The translations under genes and the position numbers were made by a program. DNA of 64,000 nt from Marsupella aquatica (Eukaryota > Plantae > Marchantiophyta). Of the stretch, positions 48,114 to 59,360 are shown piece by piece; the stretch's first letter is position 1; the number at the start of each line of letters is the position of its first letter. Where the stretch lies: contig OZ316896.1 in the NCBI GenBank assembly GCA_973895155.1, positions 17,844,754 through 17,908,753 of the forward strand, given 5' to 3'. The notes under the pieces were generated by a model, which saw only the letters and a program-made list of their open reading frames with translations, was not told the DNA's origin and made no database searches.

Positions 48114-49972
48114 ATAAAAAATTGGGGCGCATTGTCGCAGCGCCTGGAAGGAAAGAGCGGCGAGGTCGGGGAGGGCAGTTGGAGACGATGAGTATTACCT
48201 GGACACATGGCGAGCGGAGTGCCGAGACTACCCGCTCCTAATGAAGGACTTATGAATCAGATCTTGTTCAAATATTATTTTATGTGCACTAATGACCGGA
48301 CAGCCTGGACGGCTCTATTGGTTATGTCACACACTCGCAGTCGGGAAGGCCTAGGATCAAACTTTGTCGGCGCCGTAAAACAAGTGTTGTTGCTTTTGCA
48401 AATTGTGGGGTGCATGAAGATGAAGGCAAGGTAGAGGAGGGGCTCGTCGTCGCAGCCCCGAAGGAAAGAGCGGCGAGGTGAGGAGGTGCGAAGTAGAGGC
48501 GGTACGGTGCAAGAGTCGAACGGAGGCGCGGGAGTCAAACGGAGGTGCAAGAGTCTATGCTTTTCACTTGCTTTTTACTGTACATGTTTCACTCTATATG
48601 TCCCGGTATATGTACTCGTAAGAAGGAGGCTAGGGGAGTACCGGAAGCTCTCTACAATCTGTGTTTTTCCAAAAAATATGTGCACACTAATTCATTAGAA
48701 CCTGGAAGGGAGTAGCCGGTACTTTTGACAATCTGTATGTTTACAAAGAATGTGTGCTCGGTGTATGAAAGGAGAGCTTAGACAAAGCATTGTGAGGAGC
48801 CCATAAAATGAAGAGAAGAGTACATTGGCCGTGAGGTGAACCATGCATAAAGAGGCATAAAGCCACCTTGTACATTATTAATGCACCACTATGTGGTCAT
48901 TGTTGTTTGTTATCTGTTTTAAAATGATATTTTGCTAGTACTTCTAAGTGTTTGACATCCAACTTTTTTCCAGCTCATGATTTGAGTCAAATGCAGTAGA
49001 GACTATATTTTGTCACCATGAGTACAGAGGATGACCCACGTCATCATCCCTCACACCAGCGGAAGCGCCCTCCTCAACGTGGTGGCCCTCCGAGAAAAAA
49101 GTACCCTAGTGATGACATAGACTATAAAAGGGTTCAGAGACCGGATGCAAGGCCTGCAATCTGAGTCCCTCTTCACTTGTGGAATGAATGGGAGGAATTG
49201 AGAGTCTTACTTGGTGATGAACATACTACACACTCAGCTGTCATTGAGTGGTTGTTTCATGAAGTGCGAGATAGGGTTGAGCATTTGAGGAGATGGCAAG
49301 TAGCGCAAGTTGCTAGAATGCTACAAGATGAACTTGCATCAGTGACCGACATTGGAGCTTCATCGAGTTTTATGGATCCTAGCAGCAGTTAGGGCCAGCT
49401 TACGGATTTACGTGATGTATGTTTGTAAATAATTCTGTTATGTCTTCTACATTATTTCTGTATTTATGCAATGTAAAAAGAAATTTATTTCTATGTGGTA
49501 CATAATTTTTTCTTTGTTTTGCTTGTGTTGTCTTGGGATAATTTTTTCTTTAGGGTTGTTGATGTGGACATTTGCAAGTCCTATTGTCCAAAACCATAAC
49601 CAGTCCATAATTTTGTTACATCTTTGGTTATTTTTTACAGAGTCAACAGTCTATAACAAGTGATGCATTGACGGAAGAGCAGAGGAATGCAGGATCATAT
49701 TGTTGAGCAATACCCATCAGATGCAGAGGATGAAGCCATGTTTCAAGATGAAGACACAACGGTTCTTCATGCTTTAGGAGCTCCTTTACACAAGAAGGTT
49801 GTGGAGGAGGTGCAACAATTTACATTCCATACACATTAAGTTTTTCCAACCATACTCTGTTTTTACACATGTGACACTTTGTGTTTTATTTGCATTTCTT
49901 TTAATAATATAAATATTTGTATTGAATTAGGAGGTGGTAAACTTGGATTCCCAATCATCGGAATGATCTGCC

Positions 49973-52900
49973 TTGCAACCATCCTTAGTCCCAAACTCGC
50001 AATCGGAACCACCTACCTTTGACCCACCCATTACACGTAGGTCTCCACCTCGTCGATCGGCTACAGTAACATTTTTTGAACGACAATTAGTTCATACTTT
50101 TGTTCAGAGACTACTTCTTACGTGTCATATACCTGGATGTGCATTGACTCCTACAGTGGAGCGTATTGGTGAGTTGCAACAAGTTTGGTCTAAGTCATGG
50201 AACTCGACTACCTAACACTTAGCTCCGGCGTCGTTGACTCCGACGCCGAGCTCCCTTATGGTCCAGGCCCGGATAGGCCATCCGGGGAGGACTTAGCATG
50301 GGGAGACTTGTGGGCAATGAGACGTGGCACTAGCGAGGCAAAGGGCCAAGTCGGGGACACACACTAAGGACTTGGACTAGCCTATGGTTGGTTGGGTCAA
50401 GGGGAAATGGGCCGGGCTCAAGGATGGCCGTCCGGACCATCGGATGGGCTTTGAGTTCTGAGGGCTTGGGAGTGAGCTCCTCTTGGGCCCAAGGCCAATG
50501 GAGTTGATGCCATTGGCAACGGACGCTTGTGGCGCAAGTTGTGGCCCGAGCCGGGTTGGGCCGGCCGGGGGCCCCAAGCGGCGGTCAGACCTGAGGGCCT
50601 AGGCACGAGCACTGGGTCGGCCCGGTCACAACGGGCTAAGGCACTCCGCTTGCGGATGCCTAAGTATCAAGAAAGTTAGGGCGTTGCAGTTGGTGGCGCG
50701 CCCATTATGCGCGATGGGATCCGGGTTGGGGGCCAAATGTTTAGAGACCAAAGCTGGTCCGGGGGTGGCAGGTCTCCAGAAGCATATATGAGGGGAGTGG
50801 TGTCTCCCTGGGGGCTAAGGGTGAGCCGAAGTCGTGAGCCACGGCGGTCGCGACACTAAGGGAAACCGCCAAACGGAAATGACGATATCTTTCCAACGAG
50901 AAGTCCGTTGGAGGACTTCTTAGGTGCGTTGGAAAGCTCCTGAGGAGGGCTACGCCTCTTGAGCTCAGCTGGGTCTGGGGGTGCCATGGGTTCTCGTGGT
51001 TTGCGGGTGTTAGCTCGCCCGTGTACCAAATCCTGCCGAACAGCAACCAAGCCACGTTCAGTCTCCCAAGGGAGCTTGCGTTGGGGAGGCAAGGCCAAGT
51101 AGGTATGGAGGTTGAGTCCCAAGAGCGCTCGGTCCCTAGACCATCAGTGGGGCAAACTAAGAGTCGGTGTTAGAGTCGGGGCTGTTCTGGTCCCGACGTG
51201 TTGAGACAAGCTTGGGACAAGATTTAGGACAAGCTACGCTAATTGGGTCATGAGCATGTCCTGAGGTCAGGGCGGTCAGTAGGTGATGGATAGGTACGAG
51301 GGGGAACCCGGGCCGCGCCCAAGGAAGGAGCTGTCCTGGACGGACAGTGGGCGTGGGTTCTGGTTCGGGCTTATGGCATCGGGAGGACCTATCGCTGACC
51401 TATTTACCAACGTCTGTTGAGCTTGAGTTAGGATGCTAGACTTGGCGAGTCCTAGATCCGGCGGGGTTACTTACCGAGGTGCTTGGTTGTTTGTGCAGAT
51501 AGTGAGGACCGTTGAGTAGCGGTCATGTAGGTGAGCAGGTGCGGCTTTGTATGGGAGTGGCCGCTGGTGGTGCTAGAGGTACTTGGATGCTTGCTCGAGG
51601 TATTCCGTGGAGGCGTTCGGGCACCAAGGGCACTTAGGCACAAGTGCTGGGATTGGTGAGGGCGTTGGGTGGCTAGGTCCACCACTGTCTATTAGGATCA
51701 GCTGTGGGCAACATGGACATGGGTGGACGTTTGTCACTGGTGAGAATGAGTCTGGAAGGAACTCACCATTGATTACTCCTATGCTGTATCATTCCACTCT
51801 ATGTGCTGGTCTTATATTTATAGCTCTAGCTGCATTGACATCGCATTTAGGTTTACATGTTCCTTCTACAACCCATTGGCATGATTTTCAAAGTGGAAGA
51901 CGACGACCTCAAGTAGGATGGATAGATACTGTAAAGCAGCAATGGGAGGTAAACAAAAGCAAGGTGTGGGAGGATGTAAAAACCCGACTTGAGTAGCAAC
52001 GTGCAGTACATGAAGGTTTTCAAATTAAACTACTAATTTAAGTTATTATAATATGTATAACTTAGTTGAGGTTTATAAGTTTTGTACCACAAAATCAATT
52101 TTTTTATCGTCATTATAGAGGTTTTGATCAAACATGAAAGACATGTATGCATTATACTATGATTGAATGATTTTTGAGAATAACTTTTTCCAAGCATAAT
52201 ATATTCTTGGTTTTCTTGCAGATCCTGGACTAGTTGTGTATCTAGATTGTCGTTGGGATTCTTCTCAAAGTGGGTATCATGGTACTTTCTCTATCATTGA
52301 TAGTTACGATAATAGGGTTCTTGAGATGATCACTGTGAGCAGAAGGGAAGAGAATAATTCTTGGTACATGGAGGAGATAGGAGCAAGAAGGGTACTAGAT
52401 ACTCTTACGGATGTAGGAGTGGTCATTACAGAGGTTATCCATGATGATAAAAGTACCATTGATAGAATTATTGAGGACATGGGATTTACAAACCAGAAGG
52501 ATTTATAACACAAGGAAAAAAATCTGGTAAGGAAATTTGTGGACAAGTTGTCAAGTGTCACATTTACCCTTACCATTGACATAGACACTGTGACATCTCG
52601 TTCTAATTTGCAAGCCGTTACAAATAAAAAACTGAAAGACTGGTTGAAGGATCGGGGTATTAGAGGCTACTCTAACCTGAGGAAGGAGGAGTTAGTTCAT
52701 CGAGTTGCTGATTTGCTTGGGTTGCCTAAGGAGGACCTTGTACATATTGCTACGCGTGGTCTCAAGTTTCCAGAGTTAACGGAACACAATTTGACAAGCA
52801 AATTTAAGACCTGGTTCTATGTGTGTTCCCGAACATGTAAAAACACTCAGGTATGCCAATACTAAAGTCTTGCATATTGCTTGTAATGCTAGCTTCATAA

Positions 52901-53581
52901 ATATTTGGTACATGAAGTTCAATATGTACTTTGTTTATAATTATTTCTCACTACTTTGCAATGCAGAGGTGGAGATAGTGAATCCCTAGCTTTTGAGTTA
53001 GGAAATTGCGCGGATAATTGGGCTGGTGATCATGAAAGGTGCATGACACTATCTGATCGCCCTTGTCATCATCTTGGAGAACCTAATGCATTACAACTGG
53101 ACTTGTACTATGAGAGAGGTAACTTATACACTTCACCATGACTATTCATGAATTTTTAGACAAAATGTTATTTTGGATGTTGGATGATATAGTAATTAGG
53201 ATTTAACTAACCCTTTTTGTTGTTGGAAATGCAGGTGGGGAAACTCATAAGGCCATGAAAGCTTTTATGGCCAAGTACATAAGGCCAGAAAAAATGCGCT
53301 TTTATACTATGGCCCGTGAGAACTTCATGTCTGAAACATTTCATTCTGTAATGGGCAAGTATATCATAAAGCGTATCCATTTTCCAGCTACTCATGACGC
53401 GCGTTTATGTTGTACTGCTATGGACTGGAATGAAAATATTAAGAGACATGTTTGGAAGGTTCGTAATCGTCGAGTAGTGAACACAGTTGTTCGCGATAGA
53501 CCTTCCCATTCACAAGTATTAGTGGATCGTACCACAAGTTGGAAGGAGCAGACCAGTGCACATATCTATGGACTACCTTAG
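49973..53581 (+). pseudogene. Kolobok-like DDE transposase, intron-containing, inactivated
   Basis: Peptides CHIPGC..ISCGQHGH, YLDCRWDS, NSWYMEEIG, IHDD, DL*HKEKN, a SAP/HeH-like LKDWLKDRGIRGYSNLRKEELV and SETFHS..KRIHF..AR..AMDWNEN. Stops at 51994 and 52506, GT-AG introns (e.g. 52851-52966), and interruption by a 1.5-kb insertion. Confidence 0.7.
50171..51678. mobile_element. GC-rich 1.5-kb insertion of unknown class inside the transposase
   Basis: Removing it restores the frame VERIG|PPLSIRISC. GGT is present at both junctions. Related to 14491-15038. Confidence 0.7.
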
Positions 53582-54439
53582 ACCTAAACCAACATTCATC
53601 AGGTAATTATTTTTTGCCCTCAAAGTCACATTTATTTTTGTTCAGACACATTGCATTGAGGATGGATATGACCAAATACCTTATTTTAAAATTATGTTCA
53701 CAATTAGTCTAATTGTTCTATGAATTGATTGCATAATGTTATCATTGCAGAGGGTTGTTTCTTTGAAGAGATCAAGCTACGACCTATGAGCATTTTACTT
53801 CCATATATTATAGAGCGGGTTATAGAAGCACTTTGGTATTTTTAGTGTTGAGGATGTAAAACATTATATACATTATTTATTATTGATTTATTTTCTTGTG
53901 TCATGTATGAGTTATAATACATTGGTGCAACTTTTGTCTCATTCTCTAAAATGTTTTTTTACGTTTTGTACAATTGGTTTCTTATTTGATTATAATCATT
54001 TTGGACCTAGATATTGTGTTTAATATAATCAGGGTACTGTATATAAAGTATTAATTTGTGACCCTGCAATTTGGTAAACCATCAACCCATACACACAATT
54101 GAACATTTGATAACGTGACACAAATCTTCTATGGAGAAATGAAACACAATGTCATATCATAATAACACAAACTATTACTTGACCCATACATGGGGCATAG
54201 TTTAGGGTGGCTCATAGTTGGCCCATACCGTGCCCATACTTTTGACATGGAAAAGGAATAATGCTTATTATATTTAGGGACCAGAAGAGGTGAGTGGATT
54301 TTTTTATCACATGTATGACCAAATTACTCCCAAGGGGATTTGAACCCCTTGTGCTGCCGACCAGCGAGAGTTCCATCCCAAGTAAGGGATTTTATTTAGA
54401 TTATAAGTTAGTATGCAAAGGACATTACAAGATAAAATA

Positions 54440-54883
54440 CTAATATGGGCGAAATCCTACAAATTCCTCATGTGGGTCATGCCATGTTGCTTTGATGACT
54501 GCTTCCACTGCATCTGGGAACTTTGTTCGCTCCGCATAACCACATACCCAAGCCAAGTGTGTGTACACTTGGTAACGTTTCCGCTTGTTCACATTGTCCA
54601 CATAACTATATGCAGCACAAATCAAAATTTGGTCCAAAGGTACAACAAGATTGAGGGCATCGTGACATTCTGTGACCACACGACAAAACTCAGGGAAATC
54701 AGATTGGATCTTGTCTAAGGTTGTCCTCCGTTGGATGGAAGGAGCCTCTTGTCCAGCTTGGGCATCTTGCCAAAGCAGCATGAAGGACCCATCGTCGTAT
54801 TCACTCAATCTAACCTTGGTCCTTTGCCTGCTAGCCATTCTTCTGGGACTGCCATAAGAAACATACATGTTAGTCAAATCCAA
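54440..54883 (-). CDS. KolX-like (P2X7 C-terminal-like) accessory protein, last exon
   Basis: NKRKRYQVYTHLAWVCGYAERTKFPDAVEAVIKATWHDPHEEFVGFR fits the R..Y..W..G..R..P..V...I...P....GF pattern. Convergent with the transposase, as in Kolobok elements. Confidence 0.6.
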   Translation of the reverse strand: MDLTNMYVSYGSPRRMASRQRTKVRLSEYDDGSFMLLWQDAQAGQEAPSIQRRTTLDKIQSDFPEFCRVVTECHDALNLVVPLDQILICAAYSYVDNVNKRKRYQVYTHLAWVCGYAERTKFPDAVEAVIKATWHDPHEEFVGFRPY

Positions 54884-55479
54884 TGAGTGGAATGCATAAG
54901 AACATTGGAGAGTGAAAACATATACCTCAAAACATCAACTCTTATGTCGGTTGCCAACTATCCTCAATTGTTGTGAAGGCTTCATAAAAGGAACTGTCCA
55001 ATAATGCCAATCTTTTTTGACATGATGACTGCAAGCCATGACCAAAGCAATGATCCTGGTTCCATCTTCATCCATTTGCAAGTAAACAAGTCTGACAAAA
55101 GCAAAGAACTATGAAGAAAGTAACATTTGAATTGGAATAGGTCACAATGATACTCTCAATACTAGACTCAAAGTGCATTATGATAAATGGAGACCAGTGC
55201 AGGGAGTGACTTGGGTGAAGAACCTGAAATATTCGTGGCGGATATGGGCAGACTGTCCTTCCTCCTCCTCCCTTCTCTAGCTCGACGTCAGTACTTGAAA
55301 GTAAACACCTTTGGAGAAATCAGTATGATCCATGTGAGAATGATATCCAACAAAAAGGGCTCGGCATCCAACATGATGTTGACCCCGCATACTGTCTACA
55401 AGGTCAATTTGTGGCACACTAATAGACTCCCGGACTAATGACACCCGTACTATTTTACATGGAGTTGCGTAGATACTGG

Positions 55480-55740
55480 AAGAAGCCTTTGACCTTTGTA
55501 AGATAAACTAGATGAAGCCTTCGACCTTTTATGAAGGTTCGACATTGTTGACCTTTTATGAAGGTTCGACATTGTTATAAAGACAAAGGAATCAGAGAAT
55601 CATGACAAAGGAATCAGGGAATCAATCAGTGACGTCAAAGCTGCCTTCGACCTTCATAAGGGATAGTAGATAAAGCCTTTGACCTTCTCATGAAGTTTCG
55701 ACAATCGTTATCGACACAAAGGAATCAGGGAATCAATGAA
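55480..55740. repeat. Cluster of short direct repeats (possible subterminal repeats)
   Basis: gaccttttatgaaggttcgacattgtt occurs twice; aagcctt(t/c)gacctt and acaaaggaatcag are reiterated. Confidence 0.55.
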
Positions 55741-56532
55741 GAGTCTGCGATCGAGTCAACTAAGGTTTATGGCTTCCTACCTCGTCTGCCTGGATCGCTC
55801 GATCCAGGACGAGGCCGCAAACGGATCAGTTCTTGAAGGAGGTAGAAGTCGATCACTCACTCACTCATCAACAACTAAGCCGTGACAAAGGCAGTCTTAT
55901 CACTAGGATTTCCACCTTCGCACAGATTATTGAGCAGCTTCTGGCCATGATCTGCACTGCAAATAATTAGAGCTCAAACTTCACGGTCGGAAGAACTGCC
56001 TGATTCTATGATGCGTTCACGATGTGGTCTTACGGGACCTGCAGCTTCCTAATGATTAGAGCCCATACTCCACGGTCGTGAGAATCTCCTAGCCTGACTC
56101 CTTATGAGTTCACGACGATAACAATAGGGTCTTTTAAATTCAATTTTGAGACTTATAAGAACATTAGGGTCTTTTTAATCTAATTTTTGGAATATTCTTG
56201 GAATATTCCAACTTTATAGGGGTTAAAAAATAAATTTGTTTCTTACATTTTAGGGGGTCCGAGGCCTAAAAACGTCGCAGGTGATGGGGAGGTCCCCATA
56301 TAGTGAGACCCCCGAGATCGTCACCGACTACTGAAAGAGGTCCTTTCAACAATTACACTACGAGTTACCATGATTCTGCCCAACATCGATCGAGAGAAAA
56401 ACATGACAAACGTAACAGAAAAAGTTGGAAATGTCTGGGGATCAGATATGGACTACCGCCTCTTACCCTGACTCAATTGAGGACTCAAAGGAGATCGAGG
56501 CAGACTACAGATTGGAGGCGACACATAGCACG

Positions 56533-56945
56533 CACTAGTAGAAAATGGGGCCTTTTATGACTTGGGCACATATGACTTATGTGCCTAAATGACAAAATAT
56601 TTCAATGACAGGACATGAATGACAATTAAATGACTGTCTAAAATGACAGAGTGAAAAAAATGACTAATAATTGCAAGAGAGTCATTTTCACCAATGAGTC
56701 AAATGACTTTGACTGCTATAATGACAACACTAATGAATTATGGTCATTTTGGATAGTCTCTGTGAATGACACAATGGACAAAAACCCTGTCATATCAATG
56801 TTTTACTTCTGGAAAGTCATTTTGGACGACGGTGACTAATGACTAGGAAAACAAATATGCAAATATCAGTGTTTAAAAATGTTAGTAGTCATTTCAACCA
56901 CAAGTGATAAAATGACATGATAAAAAAATATGACTAAATATTTTG
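56533..56945 (+). mobile_element. CACTA (En/Spm) element left terminus with subterminal repeats
   Basis: CACTAGTAGAAAA at 56533 followed by dense ATGAC/GTCAT motifs in both orientations. No matching right TIR found. Confidence 0.7.
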
Positions 56946-57833
56946 AGGTTTAGCGTTTAGGGTATGATTAGACATCTAACATGTATGGTAGTATAAAGAT
57001 TGGTGGCACTCACATATTAGATTTGAAATACACTTCTAGAGACTTAAAAAATATTGCTTTTATTTTGAGTTGCATCCTTGATGTACAACTCAAAGGCTCG
57101 ATCATCTCTAATATGTATTTATACTTGCACCCATTTTTTATATATCTCCTATATATGCCAGGGACTCCAAAAATGTAATTAATTACCATTGATTTCCTTA
57201 AGTTGTATTCACATTCACATATTGGCGTACGGGGGTATGCAAGGTTGCCAAATAACACTTTGTGGCATAAAATAGGGTTTAGGGTCTAGATGCCTATATT
57301 TGCTCATGATGTCATTTTTTCCAGTCAATCGTGTTATTTGCAACCCTAGGGAATCAATTAGTGTAAACAACCCCTAAAACATGTGAGAATAAACCAATAA
57401 AATTTGGGAAAATATATTTAATAATAAATTTAATTAAAAACACCCTTATAACCTTTATTATAAGACTTTGGCAAATTTTTAAATACATTGATGAATATAA
57501 AAAAACAAATTTTACCAAAATTGGATTTTTAAATGCCTTTAGTAGAAGTGTTATATTATAATTATTATCCCTACAAGATTGAAAATTAACCTTCATTAAT
57601 TTGGTTGCAGCCCGTTCTAATAATCCAACAAGTGATTCCCCAGGGATTTGCAAAGGCTTCCAAGTCATTTTTGCTTTCACTCAACTTTCTAGTCATTTGA
57701 CAAGTGCTGCTAGACATCATTTATGCATCATTTGGGCAGTCAATGTTGTGGTCATGTATGCCATGCACAATATGACTACTAAGAGCTTTAGGTGGCTGAT
57801 TGCCTATATTGGTGATAAGGGCCGGCCATTAAG

Positions 57834-59360
57834 GATGCTATCCACCCCACATGGTGCAAGATAGGGTACTTGTCAACCCTGTGCCACTAATCATGTCACT
57901 TTGCCTCCTGAAGGTTTTTGTAGCCAACTTTTTGCACCAAGCAAGGGCATCACCCAACTTTGGGCAAAACACTCCCAAGTTGTATGACTTTGGAGTGATT
58001 TGCCCAAAGGGCTACAAACAACTCCCATTTAGTCATTCACAAGGGATTTAGAGTCATTTGTGCGAGTGACTAAGGGTTTTGGTCATTTATGTAGTGTTGG
58101 AAGACGTCAATTATGCAAATGACACAAAAATATGTCATTGATGATGTCAATGTTGCAGTCATGCATGCTATGGGTAATATGACTCATTGAGGCTTCCCGG
58201 GGCTGGTTGGCCATATGCGTGATTGTAGCCCACCAGTAGGGATGCTACCCACCCCCACATGGTGCGGGATAGTGTAGTTGTCAACCCTGGGCCACTAGTC
58301 ATGTCACTTTGCCTCCAGAAAGGTTTTTGTAGTCAACTTTTTGCACCAAGCAAGGGCATCACCCAACTTTGGGCAAAACACTCCCAAGTTGTATGACTTT
58401 GGAGTGATTTGTCCAAAGGGCTGCAAACAACTCCCATTTAGTCATTCACAAGGGATTTAGAGTCATTTATGCGAGTGACTAAGGGTTTTGGTCATTTATG
58501 TAGTGTTGGAAGACGTCATTTATGCAAATGACACAAAAATATGTCATTGATGATGTCAATGTTGCAATCATGCATGCCATGGGTAATATGACTCATTGGG
58601 GCTTCCCGGGGCTGGTTGACCATATGCGTGATTGTAGCCCTCCAGTAGGGATGCTACCCACCCCCACATGGTGCGGGATAGTGTAGTTGTCAACCCTGGG
58701 CCACTAGTCATGCCACTTTGCCTCCTGAAGGTTTTTTGTAGCCAACTTTTTGCACCAAGCAAGGGCATCACCCAACTTTGGGCAAAACACTCCCAAGTTG
58801 TATGACTTTGGAGTGATTTGCCCAAAGGGCTGCAAACAACTCCCATTTAGTCATTCACAAGGGATTTAGAGTCATTTGTGCGAGTGACTAAGGGTTTTGG
58901 TCATTTATGTAGTGTTGGAAGACGTCAATTATGCAAATGACACAAAAATATGTCATTGATGATGTCAATGTTGCAGTCATGCATGCTATGGGTAATATGA
59001 CTCATTGAGGCTTCCCGGGGCTGGTTGGCCATATATGCGTGATTGTAGCCCACCAGTAGGGATGCTACCCACCCCCACATGGTGCGGGATAGTGTAGTTG
59101 TCAACCCTGGGCCACTAGTCATGCCACTTTGCCTCCTGAAGGGTTTTTGTAGTCAACTTTTTGCACCAAGCAAGGGCATCACCCAACTTTGGGCAAAACA
59201 CTTCCAAGTTGTATGACTTTAATGTAATTTACCCAAAGGGGTCCAAATCATTGGCATTTTGTCATTTGCAAGGATTTAGAGTCATTTGTGAGTGTGACTC
59301 AATATTTTGGTCAATTTCGGAGTGCAAAGAGACGTCATTTATGCAATTGACATGACAACA
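57834..59360. repeat. Tandem array, ~409-bp unit, ~3.7 high-identity copies with degenerate flanks (~57640-60120)
   Basis: gatgcta..cacccc(c)acatggtgc recurs at 57834, 58241, 58650 and 59061. Units are rich in the same GTCAT motif as the CACTA end. Confidence 0.9.

Noticed and set aside
57834-59360. Regular repeats as a CRISPR array, or their short ORFs as genes
   Set aside because: Units are ~409 bp with no unique spacers, in eukaryotic DNA. The ORFs are by-products of the repeat.
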